Below the pieces are notes generated by a model. That model was not told the DNA's origin, searched no databases, and saw nothing but the letters and a program-made list of their open reading frames with translations. Positions 10,506 through 22,439 of a stretch of DNA of 64,000 nt are shown here, piece by piece. A program made the position numbers and the translations under genes. Source of the stretch: Emiliania huxleyi CCMP1516. Its lineage: Eukaryota. Each line of letters opens with the position of its first letter. Positions within the stretch are counted from its first letter, which is position 1. The DNA lies in contig NW_005201412.1 of assembly GCF_000372725.1 (NCBI RefSeq), positions 1-64,000 on the forward strand, written 5' to 3'.

Positions 10506-12900
10506 ATGGCCGCCGCCGTCAAGGCCTCCACCGCCGTGTCCGAGTTCCACCGCGCGCATGCGGCGGGCGGCTTCGCCTTCGTCCCGCCCTACCCGCTCGG
10601 CCACTGTCAGGTGGACGAGCACGCGCCGTGGTCGCCCGAGTCGGTGCGGCTGTTCGGCGGCATTTTCGTGGCGCTCGGCGTGCTGCGCGGGTGCATACAC
10701 CTGCTGGCCCCGGTCGCCGGCCGCGCCGTCGGGCGGCGGCTGCACGGCAAAGGGTGGGCCGCCGAGCCGCGCGACTGGCGGCGCCTCTCCGACGTCTCGC
10801 ACTGCACCCTCCTGCACGTGGCCGCCTCGCTCTACTTTGCCATCGCCCTGCGCCGCGAGCTCGCCGAGTGGGCGAGCGACCCGAGGCAGCTGTGGGCGGT
10901 GGTGCAGCCGGCGCTCTCCCCCGCGCTCCGCCTCTACTACGTCTTCCAGCTCGCCTCCACCGCCGAGATGTCCGTCGCGATGGCGCGCAGCCTCGCCTCT
11001 GGCCGCGCAAAGGACGGGCCGATGCTGGTGCACCACGCGGCCACGCTCTTCGTCATCATCGCGGCGTGGCGGCTCGGCTTCGTCCGCGTCGGCGCCCTCG
11101 TCGTCCTCCTCTTCGACGCCACCGACGTGCCGATCGACGGCATCCGCCTCGGCCAGCTGATGCAGGCGCCTCCACACCTCCTCCGCCTGCGCCGCCTCGG
11201 CCGGGACGCCTGAAGCGTCCCGGAGCCTTGCTTTAGGCCTTCCCGCTGCTCGGCGCCTCGGCCGCGGCGGCCGTGGTGTCGTGGCTCGTGGTTCGCTTCT
11301 ACGCCTTCCCTCGCTTTGTCATCCTGCCCGCCCTCACCGCCACCGACGCCTACTGGGCCACGTACGCCTTTGTGCCACCGCGGCACATGCTCGCAGGGTA
11401 CGCGCTCTACCTGGTCCCGCTCGCGGTGCTGTGGCTGCTCAACCTGCGCTGGCTCCTGCAGCTCACCTCCAAGCTCCGCAGCGCCGTCCGCCAGGCCGCC
11501 TCGCCCACCCTCCTCCACGCCGGCGCACCGCCGCTCCGCCCCGCAATCCCCTCGCCGGACGCCTCCCGGGGAAGCTTGTCGGAGCCCTCCTCTAGGCACC
11601 CTCGCGCTCGGCCTCGTCGTCCTCGCCGCCGTCGCCTACGTCGAGACGCTCGCCGCGGCCGCCACGCCGGCCGCCGCCGCGGCGCGCGCCTCCGCCCAGC
11701 CCTCGGCGCGGCGGCAGAGCGACTACTTCGCCGCGCTCGAGCGGGACTTCCCGCAGCTCGTCACGCCGCAGTGCCTCTACTTCAACCTGAGCGAGGCGGT
11801 CGCCGCGCCGGCGCGCGACCACCTGCACCCGGCCTTCAGCGAGGCTTGCGACCCCCACCAGCGGCGCGGCGGCTTTGGCGGCGCCCGCCGGCACGGGGTG
11901 TGAACGGCGCCTCTGCACACGTCCTGCTGTGGGCAGGTGCGACGGCTTCGACGGCGCCTCGTGGACGAGGTGGACGTCGCACAACTGGCAGTACCCTCTG
12001 GTGGCCGTCGGCCTCTACCTCGCGGGCGTGCCTGCGATGCAAGCCTTCATGGCCGCCCGCGATCCGATCCGGCTGCAGCGGCTGACGGCGCTGTGGAACT
12101 TCGGGCTCTCGGCCTTCTCGTGGGCGGGCGCCGCCGTCGTGGTGCCGCACTTGCTCTCGAACCCCGACAGCGGCCTGCTGCGCGAGGGCTTCCACGCGAG
12201 CATCTGCTCGCACGCCTCCTCGTATGGCTGCGGCTGGGTCGGCTTCTTCGTGGCCGCCTTCATCTACTCCAAGTTTGCGGAGCTGATCGACACGCTGCTG
12301 CTGCTGCTGCGCAAGGCGCCCGTCATCACACTGCACTGGTACCACCATGCGACGGTGCTGCTCTACTGCTGGCATTCGTACTCGGCGCGGATCGGCACCG
12401 GCATCTGGTTCGCGGCGATGAACTACTCGGTGCACGCGGTCATGTATGCGTACTTTGGGCTGACGCAGTGCGGCCCGGCGGGCAAGCGGTTCGCCAAGCG
12501 CTTCTCGATGCTCATCACCCTCATGCAGCTCGCGCAGATGGTGGTCGGCATCGCCGTCACCGTCGCCTCGCTCGCCTACCAGGCGAGGGGGCAGACGTGC
12601 TACGTCCCAATCGTCAACTCCTTCCTCGGGCTGCTGATGTACGCCTCCTACTTCGTCCTCTTCTTCGTCCTCTTCTGCAACCTCTACCTGCGCAAGAAGG
12701 ACCGCCACGGGGAGGGGCGTGCCAACGGGTCGCCCGTGCCGCCCTCGCCGCCCAAGGCCGCCTCGCCGGCCGACCGCTTCGAGGGCTGGGCCGTCAAGTA
12801 CGACGAGCTCGAGATGCTCACCGCCTCGGCGTCCGAGGCGATGAACGACGTCTGCCTGCCGCAGGGCGACGCGCTCGCGCCCAAGCGCAAGGTGGCGTGA
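10506..12900 (+). CDS. Probable TLC (Lag1/ceramide-synthase-like) plus ELO/GNS1 fatty-acid elongase fusion; predicted exons 10506-11165, 11237-11522, 11596-~11890, 11937-12900
   Basis: Lag1 motif RAKDGPMLVHHAATL...RVGALVVLLFDATD and SWLVVRFYAFP. ELO motifs FIYSKFAELIDT, LHWYHH, MNYSVHAVMYAYF, ITLMQLAQM. The first two GC-AG introns keep frame; the third donor is uncertain. Confidence 0.75.
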
Positions 12901-13229
12901 CGCGTGACGCGTGACGCGCCCCGGGACGGCGACGCCTCGCCACCGCAGGATGTGCCACCGCAAGCGGAGATAGCCCAGTTGGTGAGTGTGAATTGCGCGC
13001 TCAGTGTTTCACTTTCAGCCGTGTTTCAGTGTTATCCATCAGACCGGCGCGCCCCCCCGCCGAGAGGCCGCTCAGAGGTCAGAGCGGACACTGCGCGGCT
13101 CTCCCGCTTGGTGTATCTGTGTAACCTGGCCCCAGTGCGCGCCAGTCGCCCATGCTGTGCCAGGAATCTTGCACACACCTGAATTCTTTTCACCCGGGTA
13201 AGCGAAACACCGCACAAACGCCGCAGCCC

Positions 13230-16200
13230 ATGGCCTCGAGCGGCGGCGGCGCTGCTGAGCCGGCCTCCAGCCCCGCCGACTACGAGCTCTACGAGCTCGT
13301 CGTCCACGGCCACGGCTGGCGCTACGAGCAGCGGCTCGCGCCCACAGACTTTGCCGCCGCACTCGCCGCCGACGAGCCCGCCTCGCCCGCCGCCGCCGCC
13401 GCGTCGGCGGCGGCCGGTGAGACTGGCAGCGGCGGCTGGCTGACGGTGCGCGAGCTGGCGGTGGGCGAGGAGCTGCCGCCATCGGACACCGGTGGCGCAG
13501 ACTCTGCGAGGGCGGCCGCGGAGGCTGGCGGCAGCGCTGCCGATGCCGCCGGAGCGACGGAGACGCGGCGGCTGGACGCGGCCAAGGCGCAGGAGCTGGC
13601 GCGCTCGGCGGTGGCGCTGGCGGGTCGCGTGTGGGAGTCGCCCGCCGTCTCGCTCGCCTTTGAGCTCGCCCAGCAGGCGCTCTGCTGGCCGGCGGGAGGC
13701 GCGCCCGAGCTGCTGCCCCGCTGGTCGGCGCTGGAGCGGAGGCTGCCGTACGCGCAAGAGGCGCTGCTGCGCGAGGCGCTGCGCTGGCGGATCGCCCACT
13801 CCCCCTCGGGCGGGCTGCTCGCCGTCTGGCAGTCGTCCGCGCTGCTGCTCCTCTCGCACCGCGACGCGTTTGCCGCCCCCGTCGGCCTGTGGCGCTGCGA
13901 GCCGCATGGAGAGCTGCAGCACCGCCGGCTGCTGCAGTGGAGCGGCGACGGCGCGCTGCTCGTCGCCGCCGCGCCCGACGGCACGGTCGCCGTCTTCGAC
14001 GCCCGCCTCCGCCTCCTCCACACCCTGACCCACGCCTGGTGGGCGGAACGAGCCCCCGCGGACCGAGCCTCGGCCGATGGCGATTCGGTGAGCGGCGCCT
14101 CGGGCCCTGACGCGAGCGGCGGCGCGGGGCAAGCAGAGGAGGAGGAGGCGCCGCCGCTCGCCCCGCCGCTCCTCGCGATGGCCTTTCGGAGCTTGCCATC
14201 CTCTGGGCTGGGTCGAGGAGGCGAGGAAGCCTCCCCGGAACCGTCTCGGAACCTTCCTGTAGGAGCGGCAGGTCGGCGGGCGGGGTGCTGGGCGGGGCGG
14301 AGGGCTCTCACCCGTCCGAGCTGCTCCTCCTCTCCGCCGCCGGCTTCCTCCACCGCGTTCTGCTGCCCGCCGCCGCCGCCGAGCAGCCGCGCCACGCAAC
14401 ACCGCGTCACGCCGCGCCGCCGCTCTCCCTCGCGCCCGCCCACCACGGTTTCGTCACCTCCCTCGCCTACGCCGACCTCGGCGGTAGCGGCGGCGGCGTC
14501 GGCATCCTGGCCGTCGGCGGCGGCGGAGCGCCTCCCTCCAAGGCTGCGGCGCTGGTGCTGGCCAAGGCAGAGGCGGCAGCGGGCGGCGGAGATGGGCCTA
14601 GAGAGGGGCGGCCGCTGCCCTCGCTCTCGCTCTGGGCAATCACCGACGAGGCGCCGCACGCGCGCCTCCTCTTCGCGACGACGGCGGAACCGCCTCGCGC
14701 CTCCCGCGCCGCCGCCGTCGCCGCCGCGCCGCTCGCCGCGTTGCGCCGCGCCCGTGCCGCCGCCTCCGGCTCGGGCGTGCCGCACTGCCTCGCCCTCTCG
14801 GACGGCGGCCACAAGCTCGCGGCCCTCTGCCTAATTAGTCAATAGTTAATTAGTTAATAATTGATAATTAATTAGGCGGCCACCAGCTCGCGGCCCTCTG
14901 CCTCGACGGCGCAGCCTCGCCGCAGCTCGGCGACTGCCGCGGATGGCACGCCCGCCCCACCGCCACCACGCGGCTGTAGGCGGCCTCTCCGTGTGGCAGC
15001 TCACCCCGCTCCACACCGCCGCAGCCATGGGGGCCGCCGCCGCAGCCGCCGCCGTCCGGCGTGTGCCCGAGGCGCCGGCGCTCTTCTCTGGCGGCGGCGC
15101 GGGCTCTCCGTCGCAGTGGCTGGCGGTGCACTGGTGGGGCCGCGCCGCCCTCGTGCTCGCCCAGCGCGACGGCGCGGTCTCCGTCTCGTCGATCGGCTCG
15201 AGCGGTTTGCGCGAGCTGCTCGGGGAGCGGCCCGAGTCTTTCCCGCCGCTGCCGCTTCTCTCTGCGCCTCGCGGCGACCCCCCTTCCTTCTTCGTCCTCA
15301 CCCGCGAGGCGCACGCGGTGGCGGCTTGCGAGGGGGAGGGAGAGCCACGGAGGCGCCGCCGAGCCGCTGCAGCTCCACTCCACGGCACCCGTCCGCGACC
15401 CGTCCCGGACGTGTCCCGGACGTGTGCCGCAGGCGCGTCGAGGCGTGGGAGCTGCACTCGCTGCGTCGCACCACTCCCGAGGCGCTCTGCTCAAGCGGCA
15501 AGGTCGACCTCGACTCAACCACGATCCCTCAGCGATGAGTGACTCTGAACCAGGCGCTCTTCAAGCGCAAGGTCGACCTCGGCGAGTACGGCGACGCGCT
15601 CACGTGGGCCCGCGCCTACGGCTTCTGCGCCGACGGGGTGCGGCAGGCGCAGTGGCGCGAGAGCGAGGTCTCCCGCGTCGCGATCTCGGACTACCTCTCC
15701 AAGGTTACCTCGCTCCGGTGGGTGCTGGCCGAGGCGGCCTCGCGCATCCCCAGCGAGCCCGACGCCCTCGCCGCTCTCCTCGACCACGGCGTCGAGCGGT
15801 GCGACGCCGCCCTTTGCGCCGCCGCGGCGGAGGACGCCACCACCGCTCAGGTCGGCGCCGGCAGCAAAGGCGGAGGCGTCGATTTGAGCGGGCGCGACAT
15901 TGCCGCGTGGCGGCGGAGGCTCCTCCGGTATCGCAAGCGATTGCGCGTGTGGCGCGCCATCGCGGTGGCAGAGGCGGAGGCGTCCGGCGGCGGGGGCGGC
16001 GACGCGAGGCTGGACACGGCGGCGCACTCCACCTTCCGCGACGCCCACCTCACCGCCGCCGCCGCATCGCTCGCGCAGAGCGGCCGCTACGCAGCCCTCG
16101 CCGTGCTGCTGCGCGCGCACGCGGCGCCGGCCGCACCGCGCCGCGATTGCGGCTGGGTGCTCGACGCGGTGGCCGAGGTGGCCGAGGTGGCCGACCCGGC

Positions 16201-19200
16201 CGACTACGCCCCCCTCGTTACGTGTGCTTTGGAGCAAGTCTTGCGCACGGGCGACGGCGGAGACGAGGCGGGCGCAGAGACGGAGGGGCTGCGGGGGCTC
16301 GCCATGTCTCCAGCGGTAGAGAGGGCGCTCTCTCGAGGCGGCGAGGCGGCCGCGGCGGCGGAGGAGGAGGCCGAGGCGGAGGAGGTCGCGGCGGAGCGGG
16401 CGCGAACAGGCGGGGGCGGGTCGGGCCGCATCGCCTACGCGGGGCGCGTCGGGGCGTGCGCGTGGCTGTGCGCGCGCGTGCGGCAGATCGAGGCGCGGAG
16501 CGGGCTGTTGGACCACGCCATCACGCTCGCCGAGATTGGGTCGGAGAGCGTGGCGGTCTTTGACGGGTCGGGCGACGGAGAGGGAGGGGGCGACCTATCG
16601 AGGTTCGCTGTGGCCGATAGCCACGAGCCACCGCGAGCCACCGCTTAGCCACCGCGAGCCACCGCTTAGCCACCGCGAGCCACCGCTTAGCCACCGCGAG
16701 CCACCGCAGGCTGCTCGGGCGGCTCCGGCAACTCGAGCCGCTCGTCTACGAGCTCGGCGCAGCCACTTCGCTGCAGGAGTTCGAGGGCATGAGCGCCGCC
16801 GACCGGCTGCAGCTGCTCCTCGACCTCGGCGAGCAGCAGGCGGCCGACGCGGAGCGGAGCAGCGCCGACGCGGTCGACGCATACGCCGAGGTGCTTCGGG
16901 CCCGCATCTGGCCGTCGCTCGCTCGCGAGACGCAGCCTGCGGCGCTGCTCCGCGACGCCGCTGTCGCCGCGTGCGCCCGCGGCCCGGTGGATGGCACCGC
17001 GAGGGCCGCCGCTGGCGCCGCTGGCGCCGACGTCGCCGCAGCGGCGCCGCTGGAGGGGGCGGGCGAGCTCTTGCTCGCCGCTGCTGCTGTGCGCTGCTCG
17101 CGCCTCTCTCTGCCGCCGCCGCGGCGGCTGGTCAGGCCGACGGCCCTGCTGCTTCGCACCGCGTTGGACGCGGTTTACGCGAGCCCGCGCACCGACCTCG
17201 AGGCGCTCGAGGTGTTCACCGCCATCTACGCCGACCTGCCGCGGCGTGCAGACGCGGAGGCTGCGGCCGTGGAGGAGGATGGCGAGGGTGGAGGCGCCTT
17301 GGCCGTGGCCTCAGGGGAGGACTCGCTCAGCGACCTCCTCGACCGCGTCGACGATTTGGGCTCGCACTTGCGCGCGCAGCGCATCCTGGCGAGCTGGCGG
17401 CTGCAGGTGCCGATGGCGGCCTTCCGCGAGACGGGCGACTCAGCGGCCGGCCTGTCGGCGGAGCGGGCGCACACGATCCTCCGCCGCATCGCCCGCGGGG
17501 TGGGCCGGCGGCCGCATGGCAGCGGGGGCGACGCCGGGGCGTGGCAAGAGGCGCGGGACGACATGTTGTCGCTGGTGCGGCTCGGCTGCGCCGACACGCC
17601 GCCGCAGCTCGCCCTCACCGAGTGGCTGCACGGCCTCCTCCTCGCGGGCCACTTCTCCCTCGCCGCCGACGCGCTTCGCGACGCCGCCACGGGCTCCGCC
17701 GCCGCCAGCGGCGACAGCACCTGCCCGCCTCTCGAGGCGTCGACGGCTGAGGCGCTGGTCCTCTCTGCGGCGCGAGAGTACTTCAACGGCGCCCCCGACG
17801 CAACCGACCCGGCGCTCGAGGCGGCGGCGCGGTGCATCCAGGTGCTTCCGCCGCCGCTCTCCGCGGAGGCGGTGCGGGAGCTGGCTCTCGCCGACGCGGC
17901 CCGCCTCGCCGGCTCGCTCGGCGCGACGCTGGTCCCGCTGCAGCTGCGTCTGCACTCCGACCGGCGAGCTCTGCTCCTCGAGATTGCAGCGTCGGTCAGC
18001 GAGCCTGTGAGCGAGCTCTCCCGCCTCGAGTCGCTCGCCGACGCCCTCGCCGCCGCCGGCGACGCTGTCCCCGATCAGGGCGACGCCACGGCCGAGGCGG
18101 AGGCGGCCGCCGCTGCCGCCGCCGCCGCGGGCGCCGGCGCGCGCCAGGCGGCCGCGCGAGACGCGCTTCACTCCACCGTGGCGGCGTGCGCTTTGGGGGA
18201 GGGCGACGTGCAGGGAGCGCGCATGCTGGCGCTCGGGCTGGTCGACCGCGGTCACGCGCCGGCGTGGGAGGTGTGCTTGCGTCTCTGCCAGCTGAGCGAG
18301 TCGCTTCAGCCCGCGGCAAGAGGGAGCGGGCTGGCCAACGGCGGCACCGAGGCGGTCGGCGAGGACGGGCTGGAAGCGCTGCTGCGGGACGCGACGAACG
18401 AGATGGTCAACGAGCAGATCATCGACGACATGCGAGCGTTCCTCGAGGCTCACCCCGCCGCGACGCTGCGCGATTGGGCAAAGACGAGCGAGTGGGCGCA
18501 CGACACGGGCGGAGAGCGCGACGAGGACGGCGCTCCAAAGCGCGCGCTGGCCGGCATCTGGCTCGAGGACTGGCAGGCGGCGGCGGGCGGGAGGGGGAGC
18601 GAGCCTCGTGGCTCCCGCCTCCAGCGGCTCAAGGACGTGATAGAGGTGGCGCGTGCGATGCTGACCGCCGCTCCGCAGCAGCGCGAGGCGGACGTGGCGG
18701 AGTTGGCCGCCGCAGCGCCGCGGCTGCTTGCGCACGTGCTCTCCCACTGCCCATCGGCCGCCTTCCCCTCCTCGATGGAGGTGTGGCGGCGCGCGTGTGG
18801 CGTCGTGGGAAGCGACAGCGAGCCGCCCGCCGTGTCCGCCTCGCGTGACCCCGCGCTGTCGCTGGCTCTCTCTGCGGACCGGCCGACGGAGGAGAAGATG
18901 CTCGCTCTGCGCGCGCAGCTGAGCGCTTCGGTGGCGGCCGCCGCTGACGCCGCCGCTCCGTCGTCTCTGCGGCGGGTGTGCCGGCTGGGCCAGCGAGCCT
19001 ATGCACTCATGCTTTGCTCCGCCGCTCGACTCCCGCCGTGCGCGCTCGACCGCGCAACGGTGGCGCCGTTGGCGAGCCTCCCGTCGCTCGTTGCGCGCTG
19101 CGCTCGGCTTCTCGAGCGCGAGGCTTTGCGCGAGGCTCACTCTGGGGAGGGGGGCGGACACGCGCCGCAAGAGACGACGCCGCAAGAGACGAGCCTCGCG

Positions 19201-22200
19201 GGCTGGCGGGGCGCCGTCGACCACTTCGGCGAGCTCGCGCGGGTCGAGGCGTGGCTAGCAGAGGCGTCCGACGTGGCGGCGCACTTGCCGCAGCTCAACG
19301 CCGCGCGCTACGCCACAGACGCTTCCGCCCGTCGGGATGCGATTCGGGCGCTCGCGCGGACCGCGTCGGCGGACGCGTTTGAGCTCGCGCAGCAAGGTCT
19401 GTTCACAGCTGCGAGGGAGAGGGAGCTGTGAATAGGCGGACGCGTTTGAGCTTGCGCAGCGGATCGCTGGCTCGCACGAGGCGGCCAGTGCGGGCGGGAG
19501 GCCGGCCGGCGCGAGGCCGGCGAGCGGGCATCCGGCCAGCGAGGCGACCGTGACGCTGAGCCTCGCCTACGAGTCGGCCGTCGCGTCGCGCGCCGCCTTT
19601 GACGCCGCCTTCCGGCAGGATGCGGCAGAGTCGCTTGGGGTGGGTGAGAGCGCCGTTGCTGTGATTGCCGTCTCGGCCGGCTCGACCGTCGTCGACTTCA
19701 GCGTCGTCGGCGCCGCGGACGCGGCCAGCAGGCTGCGCGACGGCGGCTTCACGACGGCGCAGCTCACCCGGTTCAACGGCGGCAAGCCCGTCGCCGCCAC
19801 GGCTGTCGCGAGCCGATGCGCGGCGTCGGGGCATGCGGTTGGCACACATGCGGCAGAGGCCAAGGCGGAGGCACCAGCCGCGCGCACCGGAGTAGAGGCT
19901 GCGTCGGAGGCAGCTTTCGGTGCGGGCGGGGCGGGCGTAGAGACGGCGCCGGCCGAGGCGCAAGGAAAGGCGACGGCTGCAGCGACGGGCGGGGAGGCTG
20001 CGGCAGCGGGGGACGCTGCCGAGGCCGTCAAGGTGGGCGGAATCGGCCAGCACGCTCCCGTCCCCGAGGCTGGTGCGGCTGGTGCGGAGGGCGAGCCGGC
20101 GGCGGAGCCGCCGCTCGACTCGTGGGGCCTCCGAATGGAGCGCGTCGATGCCATCATCGCCGCCGCCGAGAATGGCGACGGCGTCGCGGCCGGCCCTGGC
20201 GGCGGCATACAGGGCTTGCGCTCCGAGGTTGGAGCGCACTGCGCCGCTCTGCTCGAGGAGCCGGCACGGCTCTGCGTGCACCTCGCTCGCGTCACGCTGA
20301 GGTCGCTCGGCGCGGGGCCAGCCTGGAGCGCGGTGCAGTACGTGCTGGAGCTGATGCTCGACGCCGAGCGGAGGCTGCGACAGGCGCACGCCGCGCTCGT
20401 CGCCGCCGGCAAGCCTCCGCCGTCGGGCTACTCGCGCGATCACAACGCGCAGCTGCTGCTGGCGCTGCGGGGGACAGCGCGCTACCTCGCGCGTGCCGCC
20501 GTGGGCACGTCCCTCGGGCTGCGCGACTTGTACGTGGTCACGTGCGTCGCCGTCGGAGGCGGCGGATTTTGCAGGCTCGGCCTGCAGCTCGCGACGGCCG
20601 CCACAGGCGCGTTGCGGGCCGCAGTGACGGAGGAGAGTGCGCCCCGGCTTGCTCTCGTGGCGTGCGAGGTTCGGAGCGCATTTGCGCTCGGCGGGTCGCC
20701 TTCGGAGCAAGCCGCCGCTTCGCGCCTCTTCACCGCGTCCGCCGTCTGGGCCGCTCTCGCCGCCGCGAGATTGCGCCGCCTCAGCAGCGACCCCGCCCTC
20801 CTCGAGAACGAGCGGCTTGTTCGCCGAGGCGAAGTGACGTCCCTCTTCCCGCGCCTCTGGCCCTGCCATTTGCGCGACCTGCTGGTGGGACTCGACGCCA
20901 CGGATTTGCCGGGGCCGGCTGCCAGGGCAGCGGTTGACGTTTGCGCCGCAGCTCCGATCGCCGAGCTGGAGGCCTTGCTCGAGGCGTCGCTCCCACACTT
21001 GCGCGCGTTTGCGCTCCAGAGCCTCGCCGACCGGCTTCTTGCTCCAGCGAGCTCCTCAGCTAAGGGCGGCTCGCTGGCCAGTGGCGCGGGCGACAGCGTT
21101 GCGTGCCTGAGCGCGGTGCGGCGGCGGTGGCGGCGCTTTGGCACGCTCCGTTGGCTGCAAGGGCAGGCGGCGCGCTCCTGCCCAGGCGAGGGGTCGGCCG
21201 CAGCGGCTCTGCTCGGCGCTTGGGTGTCGGCCGGTGGCGACGCGCAGGCCGAGGCGGCGGTGCTGCTCGCCGCCGCCGCCGACCCGCGCGACGCGCCGGC
21301 TCCGGCGGCGCTTGCACTCGTCGTCTCGCTCTTTGAGCGATGGCGCGCCGAGCTTTGCGGGCGGGGTGAGGCGGTGGAGGCGTGTGGGGCTGGGAGCGTG
21401 GGCCAGCTCCTCGACCGGGCGGCTCGTGCGGCGGCCGAGCGCGCTTGGTCCACTGCAGAGGCGCCGCCGCCCCTCGGGTCGGAGCCTCTCGACCCGACCG
21501 TCGGCGACGCGTGCCGGCGGGCGGCGATGGCGCTCGTCGGCGGCATCGACGCCGTCCCATCGCCGGCGGCGCACCCGCCCGGCGCGTCGCGGGTGGTGGT
21601 GGACGCAGACTCGTCGGCCGCCGCCTTGGACGAGAGGCTGGACGTGCTGGCGGCCTTGCTGCGGGTGTGGGGCGCACGGATCGACGCGCCGAGGCCGGTC
21701 CCGCTGGCGGCCGAGTGGGACGCCTTGCTGAGCACGGCGCTGCGCGTGCGCGGCCCGCGGGCGGTGCTGCGCTTGCGCGCGGCGGCGCACTTGGATGGAG
21801 CACCCGTGATGGGGGCCGAGCGCGACGAGGCGCTGCGCGTAGCGCTTGCGCACGCGGTGGTCGAGAGCAGCCGCCCCGGTTCCGAGGCGCCGCTGGCGTG
21901 CGTCAAGCTCGCTCTCTACTCGCGCCACGGCGACCTTGCCGAGCGAGCATTGCAGGCGCTGGCGCCGTACGCAGCTGGTGGCGGCGGCGGTGAGCCGGCG
22001 AGCGCGCCCACCGCGGCAGCGGAGTGGGCCTTTGGCGGGCCGACTCCCGCCGCGGACGCGGAGCTCGCGCTTCTCCTGCTGCGGCGCGGGCTGCTCGGCC
22101 GCCTCGGCCGCACGCCGTACTGGCCGCTGCTCGAGCCGGCGGTGGCCGGGCTGCCTGGGACGGCGTTTGGTGAGGCGCTGGGCGCGCTGTGCGAGGAGCA

Positions 22201-22330
22201 GCTGTACGAGGCGGCGGGTGGGGCGCTGCTCCGCAAGAGCGGCACGCACAGGAGCCTCGTCTCGACGGCAGCAAAGCTAGATGCGTTGCAGCGGCACTTG
22301 CGCGCGCAACACTCAAGAGCTGAGACTTGA
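13230..22330 (+). CDS. NBAS: Neuroblastoma-amplified sequence / Sec39 (MIP2-like) ER tethering factor, multi-exon
   Basis: N-terminal beta-propeller-like region. TPEALFKRKVDLGEYGDALTWARAYG...QWRES.V....ISDYLSKV...WVL, WLCARVRQIEARSGLLDHAITLAE and ALVLSAAREYFNGA match NBAS motifs. Several short introns (about 14170-14262, 14825-14980, 15340-15432, 15482-15553, 16605-16709, 19400-19435). Confidence 0.85.
16618..16709. repeat. Intronic 21-bp tandem repeat (agccaccgcgagccaccgctt)
   Basis: About four direct copies ending at the cag acceptor. Confidence 0.9.
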
Positions 22331-22439
22331 CTCTTTTGAGTACCGCGGTGCGCGGAGAAAGATGAATGAGGAGAGCCGCGTTGAGATTTCCTAGGTGCCG
22401 TGTCCTCCAGCGCCCAGCGGCCTCTTTTGTTTGTTTAGC

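Noticed and set aside
13000..22330. Many long antisense and alternate-frame Arg/Ala/Pro-rich ORFs
   Set aside because: These are expected shadow ORFs at very high GC, with no recognisable motifs.
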